DNA of 64,000 nt from Candidatus Adlerbacteria bacterium (GCA_029288895.1 JARIGK010000001.1:65446-129445), one strand, 5' to 3'; shown: positions 54,401-62,907, counted from the first letter of the stretch. Numbers and translations: made by a program. Notes: generated from the sequence alone by a model not told the origin.

Positions 54401-54496
54401 CTTTTTTGCCCGGGCCACAAGTTGTGGGATTTTGGGGAGCGCCTTCAGCAGTGAGTAGTGCGAATGGACATGGAGATGTGCGTACTTCGCAGACAT
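51458..54496 (-). CDS. dnaE: DNA polymerase III alpha subunit (1012 aa, compact).
   Basis: N-terminal PHP domain (HLHVHSHYSLL), polymerase core, OB-fold C-terminus. Confidence 0.9.
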   Translation of the reverse strand: MSAKYAHLHVHSHYSLLKALPKIPQLVARAKKEGLEALALTDIGNLYGAIDFYKECVDNDIKPIIGIEVPLEASRLLLLCENNTGYQSLLKLVTEVQVEHEGVYSLELIKKHRDGLIAVVPTIRGERSAEVEKIFGKGNVYTDAALWEIFYLEPSDARAWDVMRAIENRGGDDGGLADDDVEHYFPSGGEMESTFGKEALAQTVAIAERCNVELTIGKFIFPEFPLPPGKTGDDLLRELCMRGLKARGLEGREDVLERLDYELGIIKFKGYAAYFLVVEDLIRFARENNIYTNIRGSVAGSMTTYLLQITKIDPLEYKIPFERFLNPERPSAPDIDMDFADNRRDEVIEYARKKYGDDHVAQIGTFGTMLARGVVRDVARALGQPYGLGDRIAKEIPMGSQGFPMTLERALVENPALGEMYKKEPETKEIIDLGKIIEGCARHVGVHAAGVVIAPKPLVEYAPLQKDPKGGKLITQYDMYSVGEDGVGLTKFDFLGIKNLTMLADAVELIKTTRGKELDIETIPLDDTKTFEMLARGETEATFQLNGGGMTRALKELRPSTIHDINAMVALYRPGPMQFIPNYIERKHNPNLISYLDPAMEPILKQTYGILVYQDDLLMMANQLAGYSWGEVDKFRKAVGKKIPEEMQKQKEKFIEGCVTTSGWPRAKAERVWAWIEPFAAYGFNKAHSASYGRVSYQTAYLKANYGVEYLSAALTADAGDVDKVSILVAECKRMGIEVLPPDVNESFGTFTALLGSNNEERSAKAASLAGDLKGDAIRFGLYSIKNFGQGVADALIAERKANGPFTSLSDFLKRTAGSTMNKKGLESLIQCGALDSFGERGQMMANLELMLQFQRDAGAEQAQDSLFAGMAESTGGITLSPAPEASQQEKLAWEKELLGLYVSGHPLDRFREKLSKRPMTIGQMKQRIMPGQTAVAAGMIEDVRTILTRGGDQMAFIKLSDFDGSIEAVVFPKNFVEHKDIIKPETCIALKGRLSNRNGELSLVAEALKAL

Positions 54497-54502
54497 ATAG
54501 TG

Positions 54503-54510
54503 AGTATACT
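54503..54510. promoter_or_regulatory. Palindromic AGTATACT -10-like element shared by divergent dnaE and rnhB. Each start codon is 6 nt away, implying leaderless mRNAs.
   Basis: The dnaE ATG ends at 54496. The rnhB GTG is at 54517. The same palindrome recurs at 2767, 14787 and 18255. Confidence 0.55.
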
Positions 54511-54516
54511 AGGAAG

Positions 54517-55101
54517 GTGAAAAAACTCCTCATTGGCGTTGATGAAGCCGGCAGAGGGCCCTTGGCGGGGCCGGTTTCTGTTGGTGTTGTCGCAGTAGAG
54601 AAAGACTTTGATATCAAAGCGGCATTTCCGGGCGTTGGAGATTCGAAAGCCCTCAGCGAGAAAAAGAGGGAAGAGTTGTTCGCTATTGCTGAGGCGCTGC
54701 AACAGAGAGGTGACATTTCCTACGTCGTGGTATTTGCCTCGGCAGAAGAAATTGATAGGGACGGCATCGTGCCGGCAATCCGGGCTTCTGTATATAAAGG
54801 AGTAGAACAGCTGGCGCCTGAAGCCCTCGGCGTGCACGTGTTGCTTGATGGATTGTTAAACGCACCGCCCGCATATTCTCAACAAACGATCATCAAAGGC
54901 GATGCCACCGAACCGGTCATTTCACTGGCATCAATTTTAGCCAAAGTGTCGCGCGACCGTGTGATGGTTTCATTGGCAAAAATGCACCCCGAGTACGGGT
55001 TTGAAAAGCACAAAGGCTATGGGACAAAGGCCCATATTGAAGCCATCCAAAAATTTGGCCTCTCGCCAATGCACAGGCGGAGCTACTGCCGTTCCTTGTA
55101 A
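54517..55101 (+). CDS. rnhB: Ribonuclease HII.
   Basis: VDEAGRGPLAGPV catalytic motif. GTG start 6 nt after AGTATACT. Confidence 0.85.
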   Translation: MKKLLIGVDEAGRGPLAGPVSVGVVAVEKDFDIKAAFPGVGDSKALSEKKREELFAIAEALQQRGDISYVVVFASAEEIDRDGIVPAIRASVYKGVEQLAPEALGVHVLLDGLLNAPPAYSQQTIIKGDATEPVISLASILAKVSRDRVMVSLAKMHPEYGFEKHKGYGTKAHIEAIQKFGLSPMHRRSYCRSL

Positions 55102-55130
55102 TATTTGGACCTTTTTGGTATGGTGGGGCC

Positions 55131-55355
55131 ATGGTAGTCCGCATGAGACACACACGTGCACACACGGCAAACCGCCGTTCGCACCACGCGCTCAAGTCGC
55201 AGACGCTCGCAAAATGCGAGTGTGGCGCACCGCGCGTATCTCACCGCGCATGCGCGGAATGTGGCCGCTACCGTGGGCGCGTTGTCGTTGATATGGCAGC
55301 GAAGGCCAAGAAGAAGGCAGCGAAAGCTGGAAGCAAGAGCGAGGCAGCTAAGTAA
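55131..55355 (+). CDS. rpmF: 50S ribosomal protein L32 with a Lys/Ala-rich C-terminal extension.
   Basis: MVVRMRHTRAHTANRRSHHALK... CxxC...CxxC. Confidence 0.75.
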   Translation: MVVRMRHTRAHTANRRSHHALKSQTLAKCECGAPRVSHRACAECGRYRGRVVVDMAAKAKKKAAKAGSKSEAAK

Positions 55356-55415
55356 TATCTCGGTTCGCTCTTGGGTCTAATCTCGTTCGATTCTCGTTCT
55401 CGTGTTCTATAACAT

Positions 55416-56315
55416 ATGGCGAATAGACATCTTTCACGGTCGGTCGTACTCCAAACCCTGTTTGAATGGGACTTTCGCAATTGTTCAAAAGAGCAACTTT
55501 CTGAGTCGCTTCTTCGTAATGCGGGTGAGTTCGCGCCCGGCGCGGGCGATATGCCGTTTATGGAAGAGCTCCTCCAGGGCGTTGTCGACAGAAAGGCCGA
55601 TCTCGACTTGGTGATAGAAAAAGCTGCACCGGAGTGGCCGCTTGAACGTATCGCATTAGTCGACAGAAATGTCCTCCGCCTTGGCCTCTACGAATTGCTC
55701 TTTTCTGATCGAGAAAAAGTGCCGGCAAAAGTTGCAATCAACGAAGCTATCGAACTTGCTAAAAGCTTTGGCGGCGAAAACAGCGGACGCTTTGTAAACG
55801 GTGTGCTCGGTGCTGTCTACAAAGAGCTTGGCGAGCCAGGCAAAGACGAAGTCTCTAAAAAGAAAAAAGATGTTCCGTACGAGCAACTGCCAGTGCAGAA
55901 GCTTGGCGGCGCTATAGTGTACGCGCGCCACAATGGTGAAGTGTATTTGGCGCTGGTGCACGATATCTTCGGCCACTGGACGCTGTCGAAAGGAAAAATT
56001 GGCGATAAGGAGGAGTTTGCAAACGAGACGGTCGAGGAGGGAACCATCCGCGAGATCAAAGAAGAGATGGGCCTCGACATCAAACTGATAGAAAAGGTGG
56101 GCGAGAACGAGTACGTAGCGTCGGACCCTAAAACGGGCAAGAAGCGCAAGCATGTGGTGTATTTCTTGGCAGAGGCGCCCTATGGCGAAATAAGTTTAAA
56201 GGTGACAGGCGGGCTCGACGATGCACGATGGTTCAAAGTGTCGGATGCGCTTGAGCTTAATTTTTATGACGATATGTTGCCGCTTGTTACAAAAGCATTG
56301 CAGCAGATTAAATAA
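55416..56315 (+). CDS. nusB: NusB antitermination factor fused to a C-terminal NUDIX hydrolase domain.
   Basis: N-terminal 140 aa NusB-like (RSVVLQTLFEWDF...RFVNGVLGAVYKEL). The C-terminal part has the Nudix box GKIGDKEEFANETVEEGTIREIKEEMGL. Confidence 0.75.
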   Translation: MANRHLSRSVVLQTLFEWDFRNCSKEQLSESLLRNAGEFAPGAGDMPFMEELLQGVVDRKADLDLVIEKAAPEWPLERIALVDRNVLRLGLYELLFSDREKVPAKVAINEAIELAKSFGGENSGRFVNGVLGAVYKELGEPGKDEVSKKKKDVPYEQLPVQKLGGAIVYARHNGEVYLALVHDIFGHWTLSKGKIGDKEEFANETVEEGTIREIKEEMGLDIKLIEKVGENEYVASDPKTGKKRKHVVYFLAEAPYGEISLKVTGGLDDARWFKVSDALELNFYDDMLPLVTKALQQIK

Positions 56316-56320
56316 CACAC

Positions 56321-57016
56321 ATGGCAGACAAAGATTTTGGTTCGTTCGAGCGCACGCTTGGGCTCCAGTTTAATGACGTACAGATTTTGCGCCAGGCATT
56401 TACGCATCGCTCGTACATCAACGAGCATCGCGGCGAGACGCTTGGGCATAACGAACGCCTCGAGTTTTTGGGCGATGCTGTGCTCGAACTTATTTCGACC
56501 CACTTTTTGTATGAACAGTATCCAGACAAACCAGAGGGCGACCTCACCGCGTACCGCGCAGCACTTGTAAACGCCGTGACGCTCGGCGATTTGGCAGCGC
56601 AGCTTGGAATGAATGACTACCTTTTGCTTTCAAAAGGCGAGTCAAAAGACACGGGCCGCGCACGCCAAGTGCTTTTGGCAAATGCGTTTGAGGCAGTTGT
56701 TGGCGCCATCTACTTGGATTTGGGCTACGATGCCGCAAAGAAATTTATAGAAGAGCATTTGTTCCCGAAGATGGACGACATCATCAAAAAGCGCCTGTGG
56801 CAGGATGCAAAGTCGGCACTCCAAGAAAAAGTGCAAGAACAAGAGGGCACAACGCCGCACTACTCGGTGCTTAAAGAAACGGGCCCCGACCACGACAAAC
56901 ATTTCCTTGTTGGCGTCTACGCGGCTAGCCATATGCTTGCCCAAGGCGAAGGCCGCTCCAAACAAGAAGCCGAACAATCTGCAGCAAGAGCCGCACTTGA
57001 AGCGAAGGGATGGTAG
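56321..57016 (+). CDS. rnc: Ribonuclease III.
   Basis: HRSYINEH...ERLEFLGDAVLEL signature and a C-terminal dsRBD. Confidence 0.9.
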   Translation: MADKDFGSFERTLGLQFNDVQILRQAFTHRSYINEHRGETLGHNERLEFLGDAVLELISTHFLYEQYPDKPEGDLTAYRAALVNAVTLGDLAAQLGMNDYLLLSKGESKDTGRARQVLLANAFEAVVGAIYLDLGYDAAKKFIEEHLFPKMDDIIKKRLWQDAKSALQEKVQEQEGTTPHYSVLKETGPDHDKHFLVGVYAASHMLAQGEGRSKQEAEQSAARAALEAKGW

Positions 57017-57132
57017 ATATTGCTTTTTAAAATATTTGTGTTAAATTATTGGTCAGAACAGAAGTTTGGAAAATCTTTAAATTCTTCCTGAATTATATAA
57101 ATTCCACCCACTCACACCGACTGGAGGCACTC

Positions 57133-57450
57133 ATGCCTAGTGAAAACAAGGAGAAGCAAGACCTACATCAACGTCTTGTCGGCTGGCATGCCCATAAATT
57201 TGGTCTTAGCCATGAAGCCGATGAAGATGAGGTGATGGATCACGATCGGAAGTTGCGCGCGCAGGCGCAAAACCTTCCTGAAGACGCCAATTGGTTCCGT
57301 GTCTTTTGTGCTGAGCTCAAGTCAGGAATCAAAAATCCCACCATCCTTGCGTTCTGGGATTCGGATGGGGGATTGAGTTGGTCCGACGATCCTTCAATGG
57401 CGCTTGATCCTGCTCGGGAAGCGCATACAATTTTCTGCAAGGAAGAATAG
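57133..57450 (+). CDS. Hypothetical protein (about 105 aa). Start uncertain; the track ORF begins at 57049.
   Basis: GGAGG lies 5 nt upstream of ATG 57133. No recognisable motif. Confidence 0.3.
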   Translation: MPSENKEKQDLHQRLVGWHAHKFGLSHEADEDEVMDHDRKLRAQAQNLPEDANWFRVFCAELKSGIKNPTILAFWDSDGGLSWSDDPSMALDPAREAHTIFCKEE

Positions 57451-57506
57451 TGTTTAAGCTCCGCGACATGCGTCGCGGAGCTTTTTCTTTGCTACAATGT
57501 GAGGCA

Positions 57507-59720
57507 ATGCGGCTGAAGTCGATAGAACTCACGGGGTTTAAGTCATTTGCGCGCAAGACGGAATTGCAATTTGCGTCGGCTATTACTGCTATCGTGGGAC
57601 CAAATGGTTCTGGTAAATCGAACATCGCTGAGTCGTTCCGCTTTGTGCTTGGCGAGCAGTCGATGAAGTCTATGCGCGGCAAGCGCGGTGAAGATATGAT
57701 CTGGAACGGTTCAGGTGCGGTGCCGCGTGGCGGCCGTGCGTCCGTTAAACTGGTCTTCGACAATAGCGACCGCGCACTCAATTTGGATTTTGATGAAGTA
57801 ACGCTCGAGCGTGTCGTGTACCGCGACGGCGGTAACGACTATTTGCTTAACGGTAGTCAGGTGCGCTTGCGCGATATCTCGGAATTGTTGGCGCAGGCAA
57901 ACATTGGCGCATCGGGCCACCATATTATTTCGCAAGGCGAGGCAGACAGGATACTTTCGTCATCATCAAAAGAGCGCCGCGAGATGCTCGAAGACGCACT
58001 TGGCCTCACCGCCTATTTGTATAAAAAAGAAGAAGCAGAGAAAAAGTTAGAGAAAACTGCCGAGAACATGCGCGAGGTCGAAAGCTTGCGCCGCGAATTG
58101 GCACCGCATCTGCGCTTTTTGCAAACACAGGTAAAGAAAATAGAGCAGTCGCAGAAATTACGCGAAGAAACAACACTCGCCTATATCGAATACTTTAAAC
58201 GCGAAAGCGTCTACTTGAATGTCGCAGGTGCCATGCTCCGCGAAGAAAAGAGCGCACCACAAAGCGAATATACAAATCTGCAGGGCCGCATCGAACATTT
58301 GCGCGCCGAAGTCGCCAAAAAGCAGGGCGACACAGGGGCGTCCGAACTAGTGGCGCTCGAAGCTGAGGGTCGGGCTGCTGCCTCGCGCGAGGCGTCGCTT
58401 GTTCGCGACATTGGCCGCATCGAAGGAGAGATTTCTGCACACGAACGCATTGCACATACGGTGCAAGACTCTGTGCCTGGTGCTGAAGCGCGCGCATTTG
58501 CGCAGCGCGTCGAGCGTGATTTGGAAAGCGCACTCCAAGGTGGCGACATGCACGCAACACTGTCGGCGCTTATTGCATTGGCAAAAGATTTTTTGCATAA
58601 GATTACGCGCGTCCAAGAGCAGACCGGCGACTCTGTTGAGGATTTGAAGCAGAAGAAAGAATCTTTAGAACGTGAACTTGAGACGCTGCGCGCAACCCAA
58701 GAGGGCATCCAAGCAAAAGTCCGCGAATTGCGCACCAAGATCGAAGGCGAAAAGGATGCCAACCGCGAAGCCGAGCGCGAATTGTTCCAAGCAATGGCAA
58801 AGCGAAGCGAGTTGGAAGCAGTGCTTTCAAACCTGCGCAACAGGGAAGATATGCTCGCGCGCGACGAAGCGCAGTTTAAACAAGAATTGGGCGAGGCTGC
58901 TGCACTCTTGGGCCGCGAAGTTGCAGAGTACGAACAGACAAATGTATATGCCGAAAACGGCGGGGCTATTTCCGATGCCGAAATTGCAGACGAGCCGCGG
59001 CAAAACCAAGAAGAGCGCCGCCGTGCACTTGAGCGAAAGAAGATTCGTTTGGAGGAGCTTGGTGCCGGCAACTCGAGCGAGGTATTGAAAGAGCACAAAG
59101 AAACAACCGAACGCGATGAATTTTTGGCGCGCGAATTGAACGACCTCGAGGCATCGGCAGTGTCACTCAAACAGTTGATTGTGGAACTCACGGAGACATT
59201 GTCTGTCCGCTTTACCGAAGGTGTCGACAAAATCAACAGCGAGTTCGATCGCTTCTTTAAGTTGATGTTTGGCGGCGGCTCGGCAGCCTTGAATATCGTC
59301 AAAGAAAAGAAATTTGCTCGTGGTGAAGAAAATAATGAGAGTGATGAAGACAACGAAGATGTTGAAGAGGGTGTGGAAATTGGTATCTCGCTGCCCCACA
59401 AGCGCATCAAGGGGTTGCACATGCTTTCGGGCGGCGAACGCGCGCTTACATCCATTGCGCTTATCTTTGCGATGAGCCAGGTAAACCCGCCGCCATTTTT
59501 GATCTTGGATGAAACAGAAGCTGCCCTCGACGAAGCAAACTCACGCCGCTATGGCGACATGATAGAAAGTTTGGCAGAAAAATCGCAGCTTATTTTGATC
59601 ACGCACAACCGCGAAACAATGTCGCGCGCAGGTATCCTCTACGGCATCACGATGGGCTCCGACGGCGTCTCCAAACTCCTCTCCGTTAAATTCGAAGATG
59701 CACTCGCGGTGGCGAAGTAA
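57507..59720 (+). CDS. smc: SMC-family chromosome segregation ATPase, unusually short (about 738 aa).
   Basis: N-terminal MRLKSIELTGFKSF and Walker A GPNGSGKSN. Coiled-coil middle. C-terminal LSGGERALTSIALIFA signature plus Walker B LILDETEAALD. Synteny rnc-smc. Confidence 0.75.
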   Translation: MRLKSIELTGFKSFARKTELQFASAITAIVGPNGSGKSNIAESFRFVLGEQSMKSMRGKRGEDMIWNGSGAVPRGGRASVKLVFDNSDRALNLDFDEVTLERVVYRDGGNDYLLNGSQVRLRDISELLAQANIGASGHHIISQGEADRILSSSSKERREMLEDALGLTAYLYKKEEAEKKLEKTAENMREVESLRRELAPHLRFLQTQVKKIEQSQKLREETTLAYIEYFKRESVYLNVAGAMLREEKSAPQSEYTNLQGRIEHLRAEVAKKQGDTGASELVALEAEGRAAASREASLVRDIGRIEGEISAHERIAHTVQDSVPGAEARAFAQRVERDLESALQGGDMHATLSALIALAKDFLHKITRVQEQTGDSVEDLKQKKESLERELETLRATQEGIQAKVRELRTKIEGEKDANREAERELFQAMAKRSELEAVLSNLRNREDMLARDEAQFKQELGEAAALLGREVAEYEQTNVYAENGGAISDAEIADEPRQNQEERRRALERKKIRLEELGAGNSSEVLKEHKETTERDEFLARELNDLEASAVSLKQLIVELTETLSVRFTEGVDKINSEFDRFFKLMFGGGSAALNIVKEKKFARGEENNESDEDNEDVEEGVEIGISLPHKRIKGLHMLSGGERALTSIALIFAMSQVNPPPFLILDETEAALDEANSRRYGDMIESLAEKSQLILITHNRETMSRAGILYGITMGSDGVSKLLSVKFEDALAVAK

Positions 59721-59951
59721 GTTGTGTTTCGAACAAAACTGTTTTATATAAAAAGAGACCTCAACAGAGGCCGATGTTTATTTGGGAGAAGGTAGTATGG
59801 TTGGTCAGAATCTGCTCTTCAGCGGCGAATTTCTTTACCGGCGTGTGGGTCTGGGCATCTTCAGGCGCTCCATTGGAGTGGCGCCTGGCCCTTGGCTCCA
59901 GTCGGATGACATCTCTATCCCCGACACGGTTAAGAAGTTTTTCGGAATCGC

Positions 59952-60041
59952 TTAGTCGACAAGTTCGAAATCAGCGGTTCGAGCGGCCAAATCGGTCGCA
60001 GTAAGTTTTACGCGCGCGGTATCACCGAGCGCGTATTTTTT
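59952..60041 (-). pseudogene. Fragment duplicating the last 30 codons of rnr (HKKYALGDTARVKLTATDLAARTADFELVD*). It carries a plus-strand terminator hairpin downstream of smc.
   Basis: About 80% nucleotide identity to 60455..60548, with 36/37 identity over the hairpin and T-tract. Stop codons lie on both sides of the 30-codon remnant. Confidence 0.6.
60009..60041 (+). terminator. Rho-independent terminator for smc (TACGCGC...GCGCGTA plus T6).
   Basis: 7-bp stem, 13-nt loop, TTTTTT. Confidence 0.6.
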
Positions 60042-60057
60042 ATGCTAGGCTAACCGT

Positions 60058-60426
60058 ATGAATACAAGAGGCATTTTTGAAAATATACTCGATGTGCTTA
60101 TTTTTGTTATCGTTACTCTACCTATTAGCCTCATGCTTTTCTTTAGTACGTTCTGTACAGGAGACGAAGGTGATCTCGGTACTTGCGCTATTAGCCTATT
60201 CACCCCTGTGTTCAATGCAGTGTCTGCCTTCTTGCTCTTGGCGGCCTTTACAGGGATCGTTTGGATACCGTTCGTTTTTGCAGGTCTTATAATTTCGCTT
60301 GTAATAAAAGTGCGCCGCTATCGTTCAGGAGGATTCCCAAAACCCGTTGGCAAACGTGTCGTTGAATGTATAACACTTTTGCCTTTTGTGGTCGTTTTGG
60401 TCGTTTTGTACTTCTCCTACCAGTAG
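60058..60426 (+). CDS. Small polytopic membrane protein (122 aa, about 4 TM helices), hypothetical. Flanked by the duplicated rnr 3'-end element.
   Basis: Hydrophobic helices (ILDVLIFVIVTLPISLMLFF, AFLLLAAFTGIVWIPFVFAGLIISLVI, LLPFVVVLVVLYF). Confidence 0.5.
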   Translation: MNTRGIFENILDVLIFVIVTLPISLMLFFSTFCTGDEGDLGTCAISLFTPVFNAVSAFLLLAAFTGIVWIPFVFAGLIISLVIKVRRYRSGGFPKPVGKRVVECITLLPFVVVLVVLYFSYQ

Positions 60427-60454
60427 CCTCGTTTATTGGCAAACTGATGAGCCA

Positions 60455-62413
60455 CTAGGCATTGACCAATTCGAAATCTGCAGTGCGGGCCGCTAGGTCC
60501 GTTGCAACGAGTTTTACGCGCACGGTATCACCGAGCGCGTATTTTTTTTGCGTGCGCTGGCCGACGACAGCGTATTCTTTTGGTTTGTGTTCGAAAAAGT
60601 CTTTACCGATTGCCTTCATACGGACGAGGCCTTCTGATGCAGAAATTTTATCTTCCACATAAATGCCCCAGTCGGTAACGCCAGAAATAACCGCATCAAA
60701 TTCTTGCCCGACGCGTGCGCTCAAATACTCCACCTGTTTGTAGCGGATAGAATCGCGCTCGGCCGAGACGGCCTTCGCTTCCTGTTCGCTTGCCGTGAGG
60801 CACATCTTTTCCAATGTCGAATACTCGCGGCGGGTAATTGGTTTGCCGTCCAAGTGCGACGCTAAGATGCGGTGCACGAGCATGTCCGGATAGCGGCGGA
60901 TAGGCGAGGTAAAGTGCGTGTAGTAGTCGAACGCCAAGCCGAAGTGCCCGATGTTGCGTGTCGAGTAAATAGCTTTCGCCATCGAGCGCAAGGTTGCTGT
61001 GCGGATCAAATGTTCCTCAGGTGTGCCTTTGATGTCGTCCAACAATTTGCCGATATCTTTTGCAGACGGCTTTCTTTTCTTGTTAGAAAATTCGTAGCCT
61101 ATTGCGCGCACAAACGTTGCCAATTCGTCGATGCGGTCGGCCTTTGGGTCGTCGTGGATGCGGTAGAGGAAGACCAGACCGTGTTCTGGATTCTTTTCTG
61201 CCAACTTGGAGACATACTTTGCCACCTCGCGGTTGGCCAAGAGCATGAACTCTTCAATAAGAAGGTTGGTCTCGATACGCACTTTGCGCACGACGCCCAC
61301 AGGCACACCTTTTTCGTCGAGCTGGAATTTTACTTCGTTATCGCCGAAGTCTATTGCGCCCTGCTGTTCGCGCTGCTTGCGCATGATGCGCGCCAAATCT
61401 CGAAGAATAGTAAGCGCTTCGATATGTTCGCCCTCATTTTTATCTAAAATTTCTTGTGCCTGCTCGTACGTAAAGCGTTTGTTAGAACGGATGATTGATT
61501 TGGCAAACGAGCGTTCGAGTACGTCGCCCCCTTTGGTGATTTTGAATACTGCCGAAAAGGCGAGGCGATCTTCGTCGGCCTTCAAGCTGCAGACGTTGCC
61601 CGACAACTCGTGCGGGAGCATCGGGATGGTTGCATCAACAAGGTATACAGACGTGCCGCGTTTTACTGCCTCGTCATCTATAGCGGTGCCAGGTGCGCAG
61701 AAGTAGGTTGCATCGGCGATGTGTACGCCGATTTCATAATTACCATCTGGCAGCGTTTCAATCGAAAGTGCATCGTCGAAGTCCTTTGCATCCACGGGGT
61801 CGATAGTAAAGGTGAGTTTGTCGCGATAATCGGCACGCTTCTTCGCCTCTTCTTCAATAATCTGTGCGTGATTCTTTTCTATCTCTTGTGCCTCGCGCAT
61901 CACTTCGGGCGGGAAGGTGGTAGAGAAGCCGTGCTCGAGCACGATGGCGTTCATCTCCACACGATGTTGGCCCGCTTCGCCGATATTCTGCATCACGCGA
62001 CCTTTTGCCGTAGTGCCATCAAACGATACAAGTTCAACCAAAAGCTTCTCGCCTTCTTTGAATTTTTGGCCCACATCAATTGCGGTCTGGAAGCGCATGT
62101 CGTCGGGCATGACAAGGCCTGCCTTTACCGTGCAGACAAAACGCGTCTTTGCACGCTGTGCGATGTTGATGACGCGGCCGCGCGGGCGAGGGAAGAGCGA
62201 AAGCAGTTCCACCTCGACCTGGTCGCCGTTTAATGCGCCATTGAGCTTCTCTGGGAAAATCTCGATATCTTCTTTCTCTTTCTGTGGCTTGTCTGCCTTT
62301 TCATCAACAGGCCACGCGAGGTACCCCGTGCCTTTGCGGGTTACTTGGACAATGCCTGAAATATGCTTCTTTTCGCCCTTCTGGCGCCCCTGGGGAGTCA
62401 TTAATAACCTCAT
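60455..62413 (-). CDS. rnr: Ribonuclease R / RNase II-family 3'-5' exoribonuclease.
   Basis: N-terminal cold-shock/OB domains, RNB domain (HFGLAFDYYTHFTSPIRRYPDMLVHR), C-terminal S1 domain. Confidence 0.88.
   Translation of the reverse strand: MRLLMTPQGRQKGEKKHISGIVQVTRKGTGYLAWPVDEKADKPQKEKEDIEIFPEKLNGALNGDQVEVELLSLFPRPRGRVINIAQRAKTRFVCTVKAGLVMPDDMRFQTAIDVGQKFKEGEKLLVELVSFDGTTAKGRVMQNIGEAGQHRVEMNAIVLEHGFSTTFPPEVMREAQEIEKNHAQIIEEEAKKRADYRDKLTFTIDPVDAKDFDDALSIETLPDGNYEIGVHIADATYFCAPGTAIDDEAVKRGTSVYLVDATIPMLPHELSGNVCSLKADEDRLAFSAVFKITKGGDVLERSFAKSIIRSNKRFTYEQAQEILDKNEGEHIEALTILRDLARIMRKQREQQGAIDFGDNEVKFQLDEKGVPVGVVRKVRIETNLLIEEFMLLANREVAKYVSKLAEKNPEHGLVFLYRIHDDPKADRIDELATFVRAIGYEFSNKKRKPSAKDIGKLLDDIKGTPEEHLIRTATLRSMAKAIYSTRNIGHFGLAFDYYTHFTSPIRRYPDMLVHRILASHLDGKPITRREYSTLEKMCLTASEQEAKAVSAERDSIRYKQVEYLSARVGQEFDAVISGVTDWGIYVEDKISASEGLVRMKAIGKDFFEHKPKEYAVVGQRTQKKYALGDTVRVKLVATDLAARTADFELVNA
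60515..60549 (+). terminator. Plus-strand rho-independent terminator embedded in the 3' coding end of rnr (minus strand). It terminates the 60058..60426 transcript.
   Basis: TACGCGC-ACGGTATCACCGA-GCGCGTA followed by T8. Confidence 0.55.
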
Positions 62414-62491
62414 ACTAGTCTATTTATTGACGTTTTGCCAGCGGCCTGCTAAAGTGCATGCATCCCCGTTCGGGGCATTTTAATTCAGTAT

Positions 62492-62872
62492 ATGTTGACC
62501 ATCAGACTCAGCCGCGTAGGACGCAAGAACGACCCGTCATTCCGGGTTATTGTTGTTGAAAGCAAGCGCAAGCCTCAGCCAGGTAATTATTTGGAAATGG
62601 TTGGTTCGTACAACCCGAAAGCAGGTACTGTCACTTTGAAGGCAGACCGCATTAAGTACTGGCTCTCGCAGGGCGTCACTGTGTCTGACACCGTGCACAA
62701 CATGCTCGTCTCGAACAAGATCATCGACGCAAAGAAGATAAATATTTTGCCAGCATTTGTAGCGCCGGCAGTTGAAGCGGCTCCAGAAGCCCCGGCGCCT
62801 GCAGCAGAAGCAGCTCCAGCAGAAGAGGCACCTGTGGAAACTCCAGTTGCTGAAGCAACCCCAGAAGCATAA
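62492..62872 (+). CDS. rpsP: 30S ribosomal protein S16 with an Ala/Pro/Glu-rich C-terminal extension.
   Basis: MLTIRLSRVGRKNDPSFRVIVVESKRKPQPGNYLEMVGSYNP. Confidence 0.9.
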   Translation: MLTIRLSRVGRKNDPSFRVIVVESKRKPQPGNYLEMVGSYNPKAGTVTLKADRIKYWLSQGVTVSDTVHNMLVSNKIIDAKKINILPAFVAPAVEAAPEAPAPAAEAAPAEEAPVETPVAEATPEA

Positions 62873-62907
62873 ACTTCTAGTAGTGCGAACTAACAGCTAA
62901 ATATACT

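Noticed and set aside
59774-60004. 76-aa plus-strand ORF downstream of smc.
   Set aside because: It is the antisense of the duplicated rnr 3'-end fragment. Its openness is a by-product of that remnant.
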